From an uncultured bacterium (GTDB lineage: Bacteria > Zixibacteria > MSB-5A5 > GN15 > FEB-12), in contig CBDVDR010000001.1 of assembly GCA_965372795.1 (NCBI GenBank), forward strand, positions 1-64,000: a DNA stretch of 64,000 nt, read 5' to 3'. A model generated the notes under the pieces. The model did no database searches and was not told the DNA's origin. It saw only the letters and a program-made list of their open reading frames with translations. Below, piece after piece: positions 29,901-39,860 of this stretch (its first letter is position 1; every line of letters starts with the position of its first letter). A program made the translations under genes and the position numbers.

Positions 29901-30162
29901 CCTTTGGATATATTCCTCCAACCACTCTCTGCCCGGTAAAGAAATCTGCGCCGCCAATAAAACCATCACCAAAGGTTCCTATATTTGAAACCGTCAGCTG
30001 CAACTGCCCTACCCTGTGATCAGCAACTGCATGAGCTGGATATGCTTTGTTGAAACTTGAAGGCAATTTATTTGATTTATCTACTGCATCTCTTGCCTGG
30101 ATAGAACTGACAATAAGTATTAGCATTAAAAAAATGAATGTAAATTTAACAGCTTTGTACAT
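26971..30162 (-). CDS. Secreted protein with thrombospondin type-3 Ca-binding repeats and an internal dockerin-like domain
   Basis: Repeats D.D.DG.GD.CDNCP; dockerin-like RGD...DISDL...NINGDNRLNILDIVYLVDYMF followed by ~120 more residues. Start set at ATG 30162 after AAGGGG (ORF track gives 30189). Confidence 0.8.
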   Translation of the reverse strand: MYKAVKFTFIFLMLILIVSSIQARDAVDKSNKLPSSFNKAYPAHAVADHRVGQLQLTVSNIGTFGDGFIGGADFFTGQRVVGGIYPKDADVKYVFAGAFWIGAIVGDDTLVSTGADGWTPAACEFYPDEAPFGNPIRRSIIDPLSTEFIGAVSEEDFIMTYTDTTVEGVDLDMVEMRPHIPLNIKVNETSYAWSYKHSEDFVLFNYQITNIGNDNLSEVYLGMYHDGDVGYNPTCSQTLCYSDDITGFLSTKSRRYGKCDYEDSLNIAWIADNDGDFELLAPSVTGLSMLQTPIENDRVSYNWWISNGNVEQDFGPHERSGAGLWNDPFRSFVNGALGTPGGDRNKYYLMMNQEIDYDQAFTAAINADDPLWMYPNQALAQNFSNGYDTKYLLSFGPYDIAPGETLPLSFAYVAGEGFHSDPNNYDNNLGNGYNPDAFYNNLDFTDLAKNTKMASWVFDNPGVDTDGDGYFGKFHVCCDVNTGVCDTIYYEGDGVPDYNASTPLLTPVTWAEAIDSSTVRVRWNGMPSETMLDHISQVNDFEGYRVYFGTDDLNLSYIASYDIDDYSVYNFNNNDGSWTLEGLPGTIEELRCRFGSDCNDFTFNPNDFTEQSPLTFDSEVFYFVPFDLNLELAIETDIIKTYPNQVYPSSLNPEEADPSELTQDGYFKYFEYELIVEHLLPKQGYCFEVRAFDFGYPLYDIAPLESISNNTLCIETPIDCGGLPDGDGDGMRDKCDNCPETANAGQADFDNDGIGDACDICPSISNPTQIDSDLDNIGDICDNCPKTSNQMQVNSDGDSFGDACDNCPNFTNIFQFDTDADGLGNACDDDIDGDGILNELDNCPTRSNPNQEDDDQNGVGNACCCVQRGDIVKNGISSVAVDISDLMLMVKYFYGPFYRISCYGEYNINGDNRLNILDIVYLVDYMFFNGRSPQPCNQLQLFGTYKGTYTVATYENYNWVLIAEQNVILEFTDSTFSMRNDVDELIENVPLCEVSCKYHMFVDMSIYLESSHPDENAGFDICWPELNPVGLFEIALNNSVYAITFEQINSEGNKRIVINLIKM

Positions 30163-30179
30163 TTTCATCCCCTTGTTTA

Positions 30180-32648
30180 TTAAAAACATTCCGGGTTGAT
30201 AAAACCAGTCCGGAACAGATAATCAACCATCAAAGTTAAGTCAGTGATGTCAATTGTTCCACCTACATCAAGATCAGCAGCCCCAAGGTGAACCGGCTGG
30301 GGACCATTGTGAAACAGATATGATATCAAATAAGTAAGATCCGATATATCAGGGCCATCCCTCTCATTGTTCACATCACCACAATAGAACAATTGATTGA
30401 ATAGTATTGAAATATTGTCATGATGTCTATTGGAGGTTACAAGATCAAGGGTGCCATCACCATTAAAATCAGCTACCGCTATGTCAGTACAGTCATACCC
30501 AAGATCATACTTATGATTAACATTTAACTCAAAATTACTTTCACCAATATTTTGAAGAAACTCAACAGTCATCAAACTGGTATTGGCGGTTGCTAAATCC
30601 AAATCTGAGTCAGAATCAAAATCGGCCGAAACAATTGAGTTTGGTTCAAGTGATACAGAGTAGGGTGAATCGGGATAAAAAGCCCCATCCCCATCATTGG
30701 GAAATATTGTCACTTTATCATTGTAGAAAAATACACTTGTTACTGCAATATCAGCAAAACCATCACCATCAAAATCATTCACTTCAAGTGAAAAAGGGCT
30801 ATAATCAACATTATATAGCGAATCATCATATGTATTATTGCCATAATTCAAAAAAACTTCCAGCCTTGATGATTCTGGGCAAACCAGAGCAATATCATTC
30901 AGCATATCATTATTAAAATCGGCAATCTCAACATCAATGGGTCCATTCGCTGTAGGTTCTGTTTGAAGAATGTAAGGTCCCGAAGGAGTGCTTAATAGAA
31001 TTGTCAAAGCATCATCGGTTAAACTTAATACCGCAAAATCATCCTGGCCATCAGAGTTTAAATCACCAACAGCTACATCTACAGGATAATTTCCAGCTGG
31101 ATGATATTGATAATCACCAAACCCACCCAATCCGTTATTGAATAAGATAATCAAATTGTCATTATCTTTACTGGTAGTTACAAGGTCAAGATAGCCGTCA
31201 CGATTAATGTCTGAAACTGCAAACCCTCCCGGATTCGGGTCAATAGGATAATTATCTAAACTTATGAAATTACCCAGACCATTGTTCAATAAAACGCTTA
31301 TGCTGTTACCGGCATTAAGAGTTGCAATATCAGCATAGGAGTCATTATTAAAATCAGCCGTGATCACTTTGAAAGGTGAATCATCAGTTGCAAAAGTTGT
31401 CATCCGATTAAATTTCCCTACCCCATTTTCAACTGCAATTGTAAATCTGGCAACCACACCTCTTACCATCTTCGAGCCTACCACAGCATAAGCCGATGGT
31501 TCAACAATAATATCAACTTTCTCACCGTCGGCAAAATCATCATAAAGATCAAACTGAAGTGCTCTTGATGAAGAATCATACGTAAAAGAACCATCATGCA
31601 GCCCGCTGACAGTTCCGATGGCCGAGATTAATGATTCAGAAAAGGAGGTCTCATCCATATCCTGATCGAAATAAAAAATTACAGATGTTTCCGGATTGAC
31701 ATTGGTTGAGTTTGATGCCGGAGAAATATTGATAATATTTGGCGGAATATCAGCAATTACAAAGCTCCAGGAATATATACCATTTAATGGCTTACCTCCA
31801 ACGGTTTGTATATCAGTTGATAATTCGACATATACATTTTCACCAATAATAAAATCAATTTCAGGATCAAAAATCGCCCGGTTCCCAATATCTTCATAAC
31901 TATAAGTGCCTGATTTTATGCCTGAAATTGAACTTGTAACAATAAAGGTTGAGTTGTTGAATGTAGTCGGATTCATGGGCACATCAAATTCAGCAACGAT
32001 ATTAGTTTTGGTAGGGACATTATGTTCATCAGATGCCGGAATACTGTTTTCAACAACCGGAGTTAATTTTGCGATTGTGTAACAGTATGGTCCGCCCCAA
32101 TCAGGGAAAAGTCGATCGCCAGAACTGGCCCACTCCCAATCATTCACCGGTGGGTAATATGAACTGTCGATACAAATAATGCCACCATCGTAGCCAATAT
32201 CAATTGGACCGATTGTAACAGACCAAACAACTTCATTAAACCCACTTGGAATACCTGGTGAAAACATAGCAACTCCACCAAATCCAATCGTATCCGCTCC
32301 AATACCATCAAGGCTATATGGACTGACAAACTGCAAATCCATCATACTTGTCGTAATAGCACCGGTAAATTCTCCGTAAGTAGTATCCCAAACGGCACCG
32401 GATGGAGAATAGACTCTAAAACCATTTGCAGAAGCCCTCAGTAACTCAGACATAGTAACCTCTAATCGAAAGTTAAAGGTCAGCTGCTGTCCGGCGGCAA
32501 CCGTATTCGGTGCAATCATCCCTTCAACATTATCAATGGTAATGAGTCCTGTTTGCCCGAATGAAATTACCGGTGAAAGTACCAGCAACGCGATTATCGT
32601 AAACAGAGTTACCCGCTTACATTTAAAGCAAGATGCAGCCACCCTCAT
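30180..32648 (-). CDS. Secreted protein: repeated scaffold-type module, two SbsA/Big_5 Ig domains, FG-GAP/VCBS repeats, C-terminal dockerin-like domain
   Basis: 822 aa; about seven (A/G)DFN.DG..D repeats; P.....NV......FD..M...(T/S)F Big_5 motifs; tail CGDVNN...DISDLTYLISYLF...ADLDVGGTIDITDLTLMVDYLF. Confidence 0.85.
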   Translation of the reverse strand: MRVAASCFKCKRVTLFTIIALLVLSPVISFGQTGLITIDNVEGMIAPNTVAAGQQLTFNFRLEVTMSELLRASANGFRVYSPSGAVWDTTYGEFTGAITTSMMDLQFVSPYSLDGIGADTIGFGGVAMFSPGIPSGFNEVVWSVTIGPIDIGYDGGIICIDSSYYPPVNDWEWASSGDRLFPDWGGPYCYTIAKLTPVVENSIPASDEHNVPTKTNIVAEFDVPMNPTTFNNSTFIVTSSISGIKSGTYSYEDIGNRAIFDPEIDFIIGENVYVELSTDIQTVGGKPLNGIYSWSFVIADIPPNIINISPASNSTNVNPETSVIFYFDQDMDETSFSESLISAIGTVSGLHDGSFTYDSSSRALQFDLYDDFADGEKVDIIVEPSAYAVVGSKMVRGVVARFTIAVENGVGKFNRMTTFATDDSPFKVITADFNNDSYADIATLNAGNSISVLLNNGLGNFISLDNYPIDPNPGGFAVSDINRDGYLDLVTTSKDNDNLIILFNNGLGGFGDYQYHPAGNYPVDVAVGDLNSDGQDDFAVLSLTDDALTILLSTPSGPYILQTEPTANGPIDVEIADFNNDMLNDIALVCPESSRLEVFLNYGNNTYDDSLYNVDYSPFSLEVNDFDGDGFADIAVTSVFFYNDKVTIFPNDGDGAFYPDSPYSVSLEPNSIVSADFDSDSDLDLATANTSLMTVEFLQNIGESNFELNVNHKYDLGYDCTDIAVADFNGDGTLDLVTSNRHHDNISILFNQLFYCGDVNNERDGPDISDLTYLISYLFHNGPQPVHLGAADLDVGGTIDITDLTLMVDYLFRTGFINPECF

Positions 32649-32684
32649 ATATTGCTCCGTTTTTTTATTATTTGGATTTAAGAT

Positions 32685-32713
32685 AATATAGGAATAAATA
32701 CTCTATTTGTCAA
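32685..32713 (-). promoter_or_regulatory. sigma70-type promoter
   Basis: Minus strand TTGACA-17 bp-TATATT, 36 bp upstream of ATG 32648. Confidence 0.7.
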
Positions 32714-32729
32714 TATAGCATCTATTTTT

Positions 32730-32776
32730 GGGGGGGTTAAAACCCACCCCCCTTGATAGCCAAGAGGGGTGATTTT
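32730..32776 (-). terminator. GC-rich hairpin(s) after the paralog cluster, probable terminator
   Basis: Minus strand CACCCCUCUUG-gcuau-CAAGGGGGGUG followed by GGUUUU; an overlapping alternative G/C-run hairpin is possible. Confidence 0.5.
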
Positions 32777-32781
32777 AATAA

Positions 32782-35700
32782 TTATTTACAAATGTGGTAA
32801 TCAACTGGCGGTGGAGAACCCGGAACAAACATGAAGTCTACAAAGTAAGTCAGATCTGAGATATTTAGTTCACAGTCTCCATTATTGTCAAATGTCACAA
32901 AACAGTGTGGTGCCGGTGAACCGGGAATAAACAAATAATCTACATAGAAAGTCAGATCGGAAATGCCAACATCTCCATCACCATTCGCATCTCCCATAGT
33001 TCCACAAGTAGGAGTTAAAAAATATAAATCAAAGAATGATTGAGCATCAGCAGCAATATTTTCAAGATTATTAGCTCCACTCGTATTGTAAATTCCATCA
33101 GGATAAGATGCGTTCATGGTCGTCATAAAGGCTGTGAAAAAGTGGAGAGTATCGCTACCACCCATATCAAGACCGGAAACATAGGTAAAACCGGAGTGCA
33201 TATCGGTTGCCGATGAATCTGAAAGTATTGTCCCCGGAGTTGTATGCATCATGCGCAGCGTGTCAGTATCAAATCCAAGACCATACTGATAGACTAAACG
33301 ATTATTGGAGCCGGTATATTTATTAAACAAATTAAAATTGTTGTCAGGGATTGTTTGATGATTATAAGGCTGGGAAGAGAATTCAAACCCTCCAAGATAC
33401 ATCATGGCGCCAAATCGTTCATCGCTGGGCCATTCTTCACTGGAAGATGGAAGAGTGTCAGAATATTCAAGTCCGCCCTGCCAAACAAAATCAGCAATCC
33501 CATAACCTTCAAACATCGGATCGTTACCAAACCCGTGCGAATTATCAGCCCCCGAATCTGAAGGTATGTCCCAATCCATTACTTCTCCGATTATGACACC
33601 GTTTTGAGGAATACCACTAAAGGTATATACTTTGGTCTGCTTGATAACAAAACCACATGAATAATTCGGATCGGTCGGCGCATACCAAATAACTTCAAAA
33701 GCCAACGACGAATCATTATTGGTGAAGACACCCGTATAGTAAATATCCGCCCAGTTTTTTACTGAATGATGAGGAATTTTACCGGGAATGTCCTGCGGCA
33801 GCAACGCTACCGAGTCTGCAATGTTAACCCCATACATCCCCCAGTTCATGATAGAATTGTCAGAACCAACAACAAGACTGTTGTCATAAACATACCTATC
33901 AAAGTGATGGTTCCATTCGCCATCATCCAAAGTATCATACGCCATATTGGCTCCCCCCGGAGTACCGGCATTTCCGGCATTACCATTAGTTCCGACAATA
34001 AGCTCGGTACAGGCGGTGCGGATAGTATCCCAGGTCGGTTGAACGCAAGTATCGGCAACGACAAGTTCGACTTCAAAAGCGCCCGAACCACTCGGTGCAT
34101 CATGTTCAAAAATAACCCGCCCGGTCACTTTTACAACCCAACCCGGTGAATTGATTGCAAGATTACCATTAAGTGTTATAGTACCTTCTTCTTTATTATT
34201 CTGACCAAATTCAATCAAACCATCAAAATCAGGTGAGATTGTTAACCATCCGGTTAAGGCAGGCTGATCTTCTACGATAGTTGTAGTATAATGCAAATCA
34301 GCTGTACCGTTGTTTTCAAGAGTAAGGTCAATAATTTCTGATTCCCCATGTTTAACACAGTCAGGAAAGCCAAATCTTATTGGATACATTACACACTGTG
34401 GAGCAGTTACTTCTTTTACACAAGGTATTCGCATCCACAGATAATCATTAGCGGTCCATTCTCCTTCACTATTGATGGCACCACCCGGAATTTGATCATC
34501 CATAAAAGCTACATCAAGATAATAACTGTTGTCATGAACGGCACCGGTAGTCATCGCATAAGTGGTGCAAATATTAGAAACCAACGGACCAACTATTGGA
34601 TAATCGGAGCCTTGTTCATTCATGGTTGACCAGCTTTCCGAAGGACAGGGACCGTTACCTTCCGGGTCACAGGCTTTGCCGTCAAAATAAACATCCGGTC
34701 CACCATAGGAATTAGTTATCCCTCTTGGATTATCCCAGGTCAAGCCGGACAAATCACCGGAGACTGAAATAAACAGATCACCATTGGCGGCACCACTTGC
34801 ATCACCATCAAAAGCACGTTGTCCGCAATCATCATGGTTCTCATTGCCCGAAGTGTTTGGGCTGTTATATTCCACCCACATCACATATAATCTATTATTA
34901 CATTCGGAAATTTGTACTTTAGCGACATTCTCACTAAATAATGAAGGCGTGCAATTTTCAGGATTCCATTGAGCCGAAGTTACTGTTCTGAGATTACCCT
35001 GTCCCCCGGGGATAAACCCGAGGTCTTCTGACCAATGAAATATACGGGAAGCATAACGCCCCATATCCAATTCGTCCCACTCCATCGCTACATAGGCAAC
35101 ATGATATTTTTCATCAGTTGTGATCATCGTTGAAATATCATTAAATGGGCGAAAACCATTTTGACCGGCAACGTTCTTTGTAATATTAATTCTTGGTTCC
35201 CAGTAGTTTCCTCCCGGAGTCGGGTTGTATAAATCGCCAAGGTTTCCCCGTCCGAAATTTCTATTTATCTGATAATACAGATCATTGTCCCATCGATCAC
35301 GTTCGGCTGATCCGGACGAACTGCTCTGGGAGCAGGTATCACATCCCGGCTCATCGGGAAGCAATCCCACCCAGGTTATCGCCACAGTTCCGTTAGGTGA
35401 GGCACACAGGTCGTAGCCTTCTACACCGTAAATGGTATCAAGCGCACAGCCATAAACCCAGGTTCCGTTGGACCCGTCTTCTGGGTCAACTTTCTGAAAA
35501 TAACTTAAATTTTTGACTCCATCAAAACGACCACGCGAAGAACCGATCAAATGAATTATCGGGGCACCATCAGGCGGGTCCTGATAAGCAATATCAGGCC
35601 AGATAACTTCTGCATCTTTTGGAAAATCAGGAGATAAATTTCCGCAATCGTTCAAAGAATCCGGTACCCGATCAGAAACAGAGAAAAATGAAGTATTGCA

Positions 35701-36267
35701 AGTATGTTGAATCCAATATTGAGTCCGAAAATCTCCCCCATTTGATAACTGTTCTTGAGCAATATAAATTAAACGATTATCAGATGTTGTAACAACCGAA
35801 GTGAACCCGGGATAATAATAACAACCCCAACAACTATAAAATCCTACTATAGTACCTGATACACCATCCCAACCGCTATGTTCTACTTCACGGTCTTCTT
35901 GTATAGCACTGGGAAGCATTGTCCAGGCAAGATGCATTGTCCATGGGCAAGCCTCACTTGATCCCCATGTTATCTGGCGGTGCATTGAACCGTAATGCTG
36001 TAACTCATGATAAGAGAAACCCATTTTCTCACCAAAACCGACGCCGGCTTTAGTATTATCAAGTGAAGTTCTGGTTCTTGGGCTATCTGTCACAATGCCC
36101 GAACTGGTCTCCGGAAAGGCATATTCTACTACTCGGCTGGCAAGGGGCGATTTAACCCGAGCTTGTGACTCGTCCTGAGATTTGGCGGCGAAAAGATTCA
36201 GCGAAAAAAAGGCGGTGATAAAGAGCGTGAGGATTAAAACTAAAATAACTCTTTTTGAAACCATCAT
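32782..36267 (-). CDS. Secreted dockerin-tailed protein, tandem paralog A
   Basis: Signal peptide from MMVSKR (start 36267 after CAGGGG; the track start at 36375 overlaps the upstream gene); Asp-box-like SGDLSGLTW; Ig-like ENNGTADL...WLTI; dockerin GDANGDGDVGISDLTFYVDYLF...DNNGDCELNISDLT. Confidence 0.85.
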   Translation of the reverse strand: MMVSKRVILVLILTLFITAFFSLNLFAAKSQDESQARVKSPLASRVVEYAFPETSSGIVTDSPRTRTSLDNTKAGVGFGEKMGFSYHELQHYGSMHRQITWGSSEACPWTMHLAWTMLPSAIQEDREVEHSGWDGVSGTIVGFYSCWGCYYYPGFTSVVTTSDNRLIYIAQEQLSNGGDFRTQYWIQHTCNTSFFSVSDRVPDSLNDCGNLSPDFPKDAEVIWPDIAYQDPPDGAPIIHLIGSSRGRFDGVKNLSYFQKVDPEDGSNGTWVYGCALDTIYGVEGYDLCASPNGTVAITWVGLLPDEPGCDTCSQSSSSGSAERDRWDNDLYYQINRNFGRGNLGDLYNPTPGGNYWEPRINITKNVAGQNGFRPFNDISTMITTDEKYHVAYVAMEWDELDMGRYASRIFHWSEDLGFIPGGQGNLRTVTSAQWNPENCTPSLFSENVAKVQISECNNRLYVMWVEYNSPNTSGNENHDDCGQRAFDGDASGAANGDLFISVSGDLSGLTWDNPRGITNSYGGPDVYFDGKACDPEGNGPCPSESWSTMNEQGSDYPIVGPLVSNICTTYAMTTGAVHDNSYYLDVAFMDDQIPGGAINSEGEWTANDYLWMRIPCVKEVTAPQCVMYPIRFGFPDCVKHGESEIIDLTLENNGTADLHYTTTIVEDQPALTGWLTISPDFDGLIEFGQNNKEEGTITLNGNLAINSPGWVVKVTGRVIFEHDAPSGSGAFEVELVVADTCVQPTWDTIRTACTELIVGTNGNAGNAGTPGGANMAYDTLDDGEWNHHFDRYVYDNSLVVGSDNSIMNWGMYGVNIADSVALLPQDIPGKIPHHSVKNWADIYYTGVFTNNDSSLAFEVIWYAPTDPNYSCGFVIKQTKVYTFSGIPQNGVIIGEVMDWDIPSDSGADNSHGFGNDPMFEGYGIADFVWQGGLEYSDTLPSSSEEWPSDERFGAMMYLGGFEFSSQPYNHQTIPDNNFNLFNKYTGSNNRLVYQYGLGFDTDTLRMMHTTPGTILSDSSATDMHSGFTYVSGLDMGGSDTLHFFTAFMTTMNASYPDGIYNTSGANNLENIAADAQSFFDLYFLTPTCGTMGDANGDGDVGISDLTFYVDYLFIPGSPAPHCFVTFDNNGDCELNISDLTYFVDFMFVPGSPPPVDYHICK

Positions 36268-36313
36268 TTTCCCCTGTATAAATCTGTTCCCTCTATAATA
36301 TATCATATTACCC

Positions 36314-39300
36314 TTATTTGCAAATATGACATGGCACCGGTTCCGGACAAAACGGATCAAACATATAACATACAACGTAAGTTAAATCTGATATCCCAAG
36401 CTCACAATCACCATTCAGATCAAACTCTTCAAAACATGCTGGAGCCGGAGCTCCGGGAACAAACAAATAGTCTACAAAGTATGTTAGATCAGAAATACTG
36501 AAGTCACCATCATGATTCGCATCACCCATTAACTCACAGCATCCGGGTGGAATAATTGGAGTAAAGAAATCTCTGGCATCAGCAGCTATATTAGCCAAAT
36601 TATTTGCGCTGGCAGTATTGGTAACACCATCCGGATAGGAAGAATTCATGGTCGTCATAAAGGCTGTGAAGAAATGAAGAGTATCTGTTCCACCCAAATC
36701 AAGACCGGAAACATAGGTCATGCCGGAGTGCATATCGGCTGCCGATGAATCAGAAAGGATTGTGCCCGGAATACTATGCATCAGGCGCAATGTATCAACA
36801 TTGAATCCGAGATGATAAGGATAGACCAGACGACCATTGGAACCGGTATATATATTAAACAGATCAAATCTACGATCTGGTATGGCACCATATTCATAAG
36901 GCAAAGTTGAAAATTCATATCCCCCAAGATACATCATCGCCCCATACCGTTCATCACTTGGCCATTCTTCATCTGGTGACGGAAGCGTATCAGCATATTC
37001 AAGTCCGCCCTGATAAACAAAATCAGGAATCTCTTCCCCCGCAAACATACCATCGTTACCAAAACCGTGCGAATTGTCGGTTCCCGAATCAGACGGCACA
37101 TCCCAGTCAGCGACTTCACCGATTATAATATCATCATGCGGAGCCCCATCAAATGAATAAACTTTGGTGTGCTTAATTACAAAACCACATGAGAAGGCTG
37201 GATCAGTTGGCGCATGCCAGGTAACTTCAACTGCAATAGAAGAATCATTATTGGTGAAAACTCCCGTGTTGTAAATATCCGCCCAGAAAGTTGATGAATG
37301 TGACGGCGCTTTACCGGGAATGTCCTGCGGCAATAACGCCACCGAGTCAGCAATATTAACCCCATACATCCCCCAGTTCATCGTAGCATTGCCACCCGTT
37401 CCCGAACCAATGATGGTACTGTTGTCATACAGATACCTATCAAACAGAGGGTTCCACTCGCCGTCACTCAGTGTATCATAAGCCAAATTGACTCTCCCCG
37501 GAGAACCGGTATTACCGGCAGTTCCATTAGAGGCTACAATAAGTTCGGTGCAGGCAGTTTGAATAGTGTCCCAGGTTGGTTGAACACAGGTGTCAGCTAC
37601 TACCAGTTCTACTTCAAAAACATCGGAACCGCTCGGTGCATCATGATCAAAAATGACCCGTCCGGTAACTCTTACAACTGTACCCGGAGAGTTGATGGCA
37701 AGATTACCATTTAGAACAACAGAACCAATTTCTTTATTGTTTTGTCCATACTCAATCAAGCCGTCAAACGGATCAAAATCACCCGACAGCGTAAGCCATC
37801 CGGTAACACCCGGCTGATCTTCTACAATTGTCGTAGTATAATGCAAATCTGCAGTGCCATTATTTTCTATCACCAAGTTTACAATTGCTTCATCCCCATG
37901 TTTAAGACAATTTGGAAAACCGTATTCTGTAATATTCATAGTAAAGCCGGCAAGAGTAATTTCCTTTACACAAGGAATCCGCATCCACAGATAATCATTA
38001 TTTGTCCATTCCCCTTCACTATTGATCGCACCCCCGGGAATAATATCATCCATGTAGGCAATATCGAGATAGAAACTGTTATCATGAATCGCACCGGTGG
38101 TCATCGCATAAGTGGTGCAAATATTAGAAACTGACGGACCAACTATTGGGTAATCGGAGCCTTGTTCATTCATGGTTGACCAGCTTTCAGTCGGACAGGG
38201 ACCGTTCCCTACCGGGTCACAGGCTTTACCGTCAAGATAAGCAGATCGACCACCATAAGAATTTGTTATTCCTCTGGGATAATCCCAGGTTAATCCATAA
38301 TCTCCTGATACTGAAAGAAACAGATCACCATTAGCGGCTCCATCAGAATCACCATCAAAAGCACGTTGTCCGCAATCGTCATGATTCTCATTCCCGGTCG
38401 TATTCGGGCTGTTGTATTCCACCCACATCACATATAATCTATTATTACATTCGGAAATTTGTACCTTAGCAACATTTTCACTGAAAGAAGAAGGGGTGCA
38501 ATTTTCAGGCTCCCATTGAGCCGCTGTCACAGTGCGGATGTTCCCTTTTCCACCTGGGGAAAATCCAAGGTCTTCTGACCAATGGAATATACGGGAAGCA
38601 TAACGCCCCATATCCAATTCGTCCCACTCCATCGCCACAAAGGCAACATGATATTTTTCATCAGTTGTTATAATAGTTGAAAGATCGGCAAATGGTCGAT
38701 AGCCATTTACGCCGGCATCATTTCTGGTAACATTAACTCTTGGTTCCCAGTAGTTTCCTCCCGGTGTTGGATTGTAAAGGTCTCCAAGATTCCCCCGTCC
38801 GAAATTTCGATTAAGTTGATAATACAGATCATTGTCCCATCGGTCCCGTTCAGCCGAGCCAGTCGAACTGGATTGGGAACAAGTATCGCACCCCGGCTCA
38901 TCGGGAAGCAACCCCACCCACGTAATCGCAACGGTTCCATTAGGAGACGCACACAGGTCGTAGCCTTCAAGCCCATAAACCGTATCAATCGCACAACCAA
39001 AAGTCCAGATACCGTTACTGCCGTCCTCAGGGTCAACTTTTTGGAAATAGCTTAAGTTTTTGACTCCATCAAAACTACTACTCGAAGAACCGATCAAATG
39101 AATAATCGGGGCACCATCTGGTGGTTCCTGATAAGCGATATCTGGCCAGATCACGGCAGCATCATCCGTATTGCCGATATGAGTATTACCACAATCATTA
39201 AGAGAATCAGGCACTCGATCAGAAACTGAATAAAACGAAGTATTACAGGTATGTTGAATCCAATATTGAGTACGATAATTGGCACCCGCTGCCAGACGAT

Positions 39301-39814
39301 TGTGAGCAACACGAATCAAACGATTATCATCTGTTACTTCTAAGGTGGGAAAACCCGAATAACCATAATTCGGCCATTGTGAATAAAAACCAACTATAGT
39401 TCCTGATGCACCATCCCAGCCACTTGTTTCAACCTCACGATCTTCTAAAATCGCACTGGGAAGCATCATCCAGATAAGGTGCATTGTCCAGGGACAATTT
39501 TCAGTTGACCCCCAAGATATCTGGCGGTGCATCGAACCAAAATGTTGAAATTCGTAATAAGAAAAACCCATTTTCTCACCAAACCCGACTCCGGTTTTGG
39601 TGGGATCAAGCGAGGTTCGTTCATATTTGTTATTAGTCACAAGGCCCGGATTACTCTCCGGGAACGCATATTCTACGACTCGGCTGGCGAGCGGCGATTT
39701 TACCCGCGCCTGTGACTCGTCTTGAGATTTGGCGGCGAAAAGATTTTGCGAAAAAAAGGCGGCGATAAAGAAGATGAGGATTAAAACTGAAATAACTCTT
39801 TTTGAAACCATCAT
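36314..39814 (-). CDS. Secreted dockerin-tailed protein, tandem paralog B
   Basis: Colinear homolog of paralogs A and C over its full length; start 39814 (MMVSKR) after CAGGGG; C-terminal dockerin GDANHDGDFSISDLTYFVDYLF. Confidence 0.85.
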   Translation of the reverse strand: MMVSKRVISVLILIFFIAAFFSQNLFAAKSQDESQARVKSPLASRVVEYAFPESNPGLVTNNKYERTSLDPTKTGVGFGEKMGFSYYEFQHFGSMHRQISWGSTENCPWTMHLIWMMLPSAILEDREVETSGWDGASGTIVGFYSQWPNYGYSGFPTLEVTDDNRLIRVAHNRLAAGANYRTQYWIQHTCNTSFYSVSDRVPDSLNDCGNTHIGNTDDAAVIWPDIAYQEPPDGAPIIHLIGSSSSSFDGVKNLSYFQKVDPEDGSNGIWTFGCAIDTVYGLEGYDLCASPNGTVAITWVGLLPDEPGCDTCSQSSSTGSAERDRWDNDLYYQLNRNFGRGNLGDLYNPTPGGNYWEPRVNVTRNDAGVNGYRPFADLSTIITTDEKYHVAFVAMEWDELDMGRYASRIFHWSEDLGFSPGGKGNIRTVTAAQWEPENCTPSSFSENVAKVQISECNNRLYVMWVEYNSPNTTGNENHDDCGQRAFDGDSDGAANGDLFLSVSGDYGLTWDYPRGITNSYGGRSAYLDGKACDPVGNGPCPTESWSTMNEQGSDYPIVGPSVSNICTTYAMTTGAIHDNSFYLDIAYMDDIIPGGAINSEGEWTNNDYLWMRIPCVKEITLAGFTMNITEYGFPNCLKHGDEAIVNLVIENNGTADLHYTTTIVEDQPGVTGWLTLSGDFDPFDGLIEYGQNNKEIGSVVLNGNLAINSPGTVVRVTGRVIFDHDAPSGSDVFEVELVVADTCVQPTWDTIQTACTELIVASNGTAGNTGSPGRVNLAYDTLSDGEWNPLFDRYLYDNSTIIGSGTGGNATMNWGMYGVNIADSVALLPQDIPGKAPSHSSTFWADIYNTGVFTNNDSSIAVEVTWHAPTDPAFSCGFVIKHTKVYSFDGAPHDDIIIGEVADWDVPSDSGTDNSHGFGNDGMFAGEEIPDFVYQGGLEYADTLPSPDEEWPSDERYGAMMYLGGYEFSTLPYEYGAIPDRRFDLFNIYTGSNGRLVYPYHLGFNVDTLRLMHSIPGTILSDSSAADMHSGMTYVSGLDLGGTDTLHFFTAFMTTMNSSYPDGVTNTASANNLANIAADARDFFTPIIPPGCCELMGDANHDGDFSISDLTYFVDYLFVPGAPAPACFEEFDLNGDCELGISDLTYVVCYMFDPFCPEPVPCHICK

Positions 39815-39860
39815 TTTCCCCTGTATAAAACTGTTCCCTCTATAATATATTATAATATCC

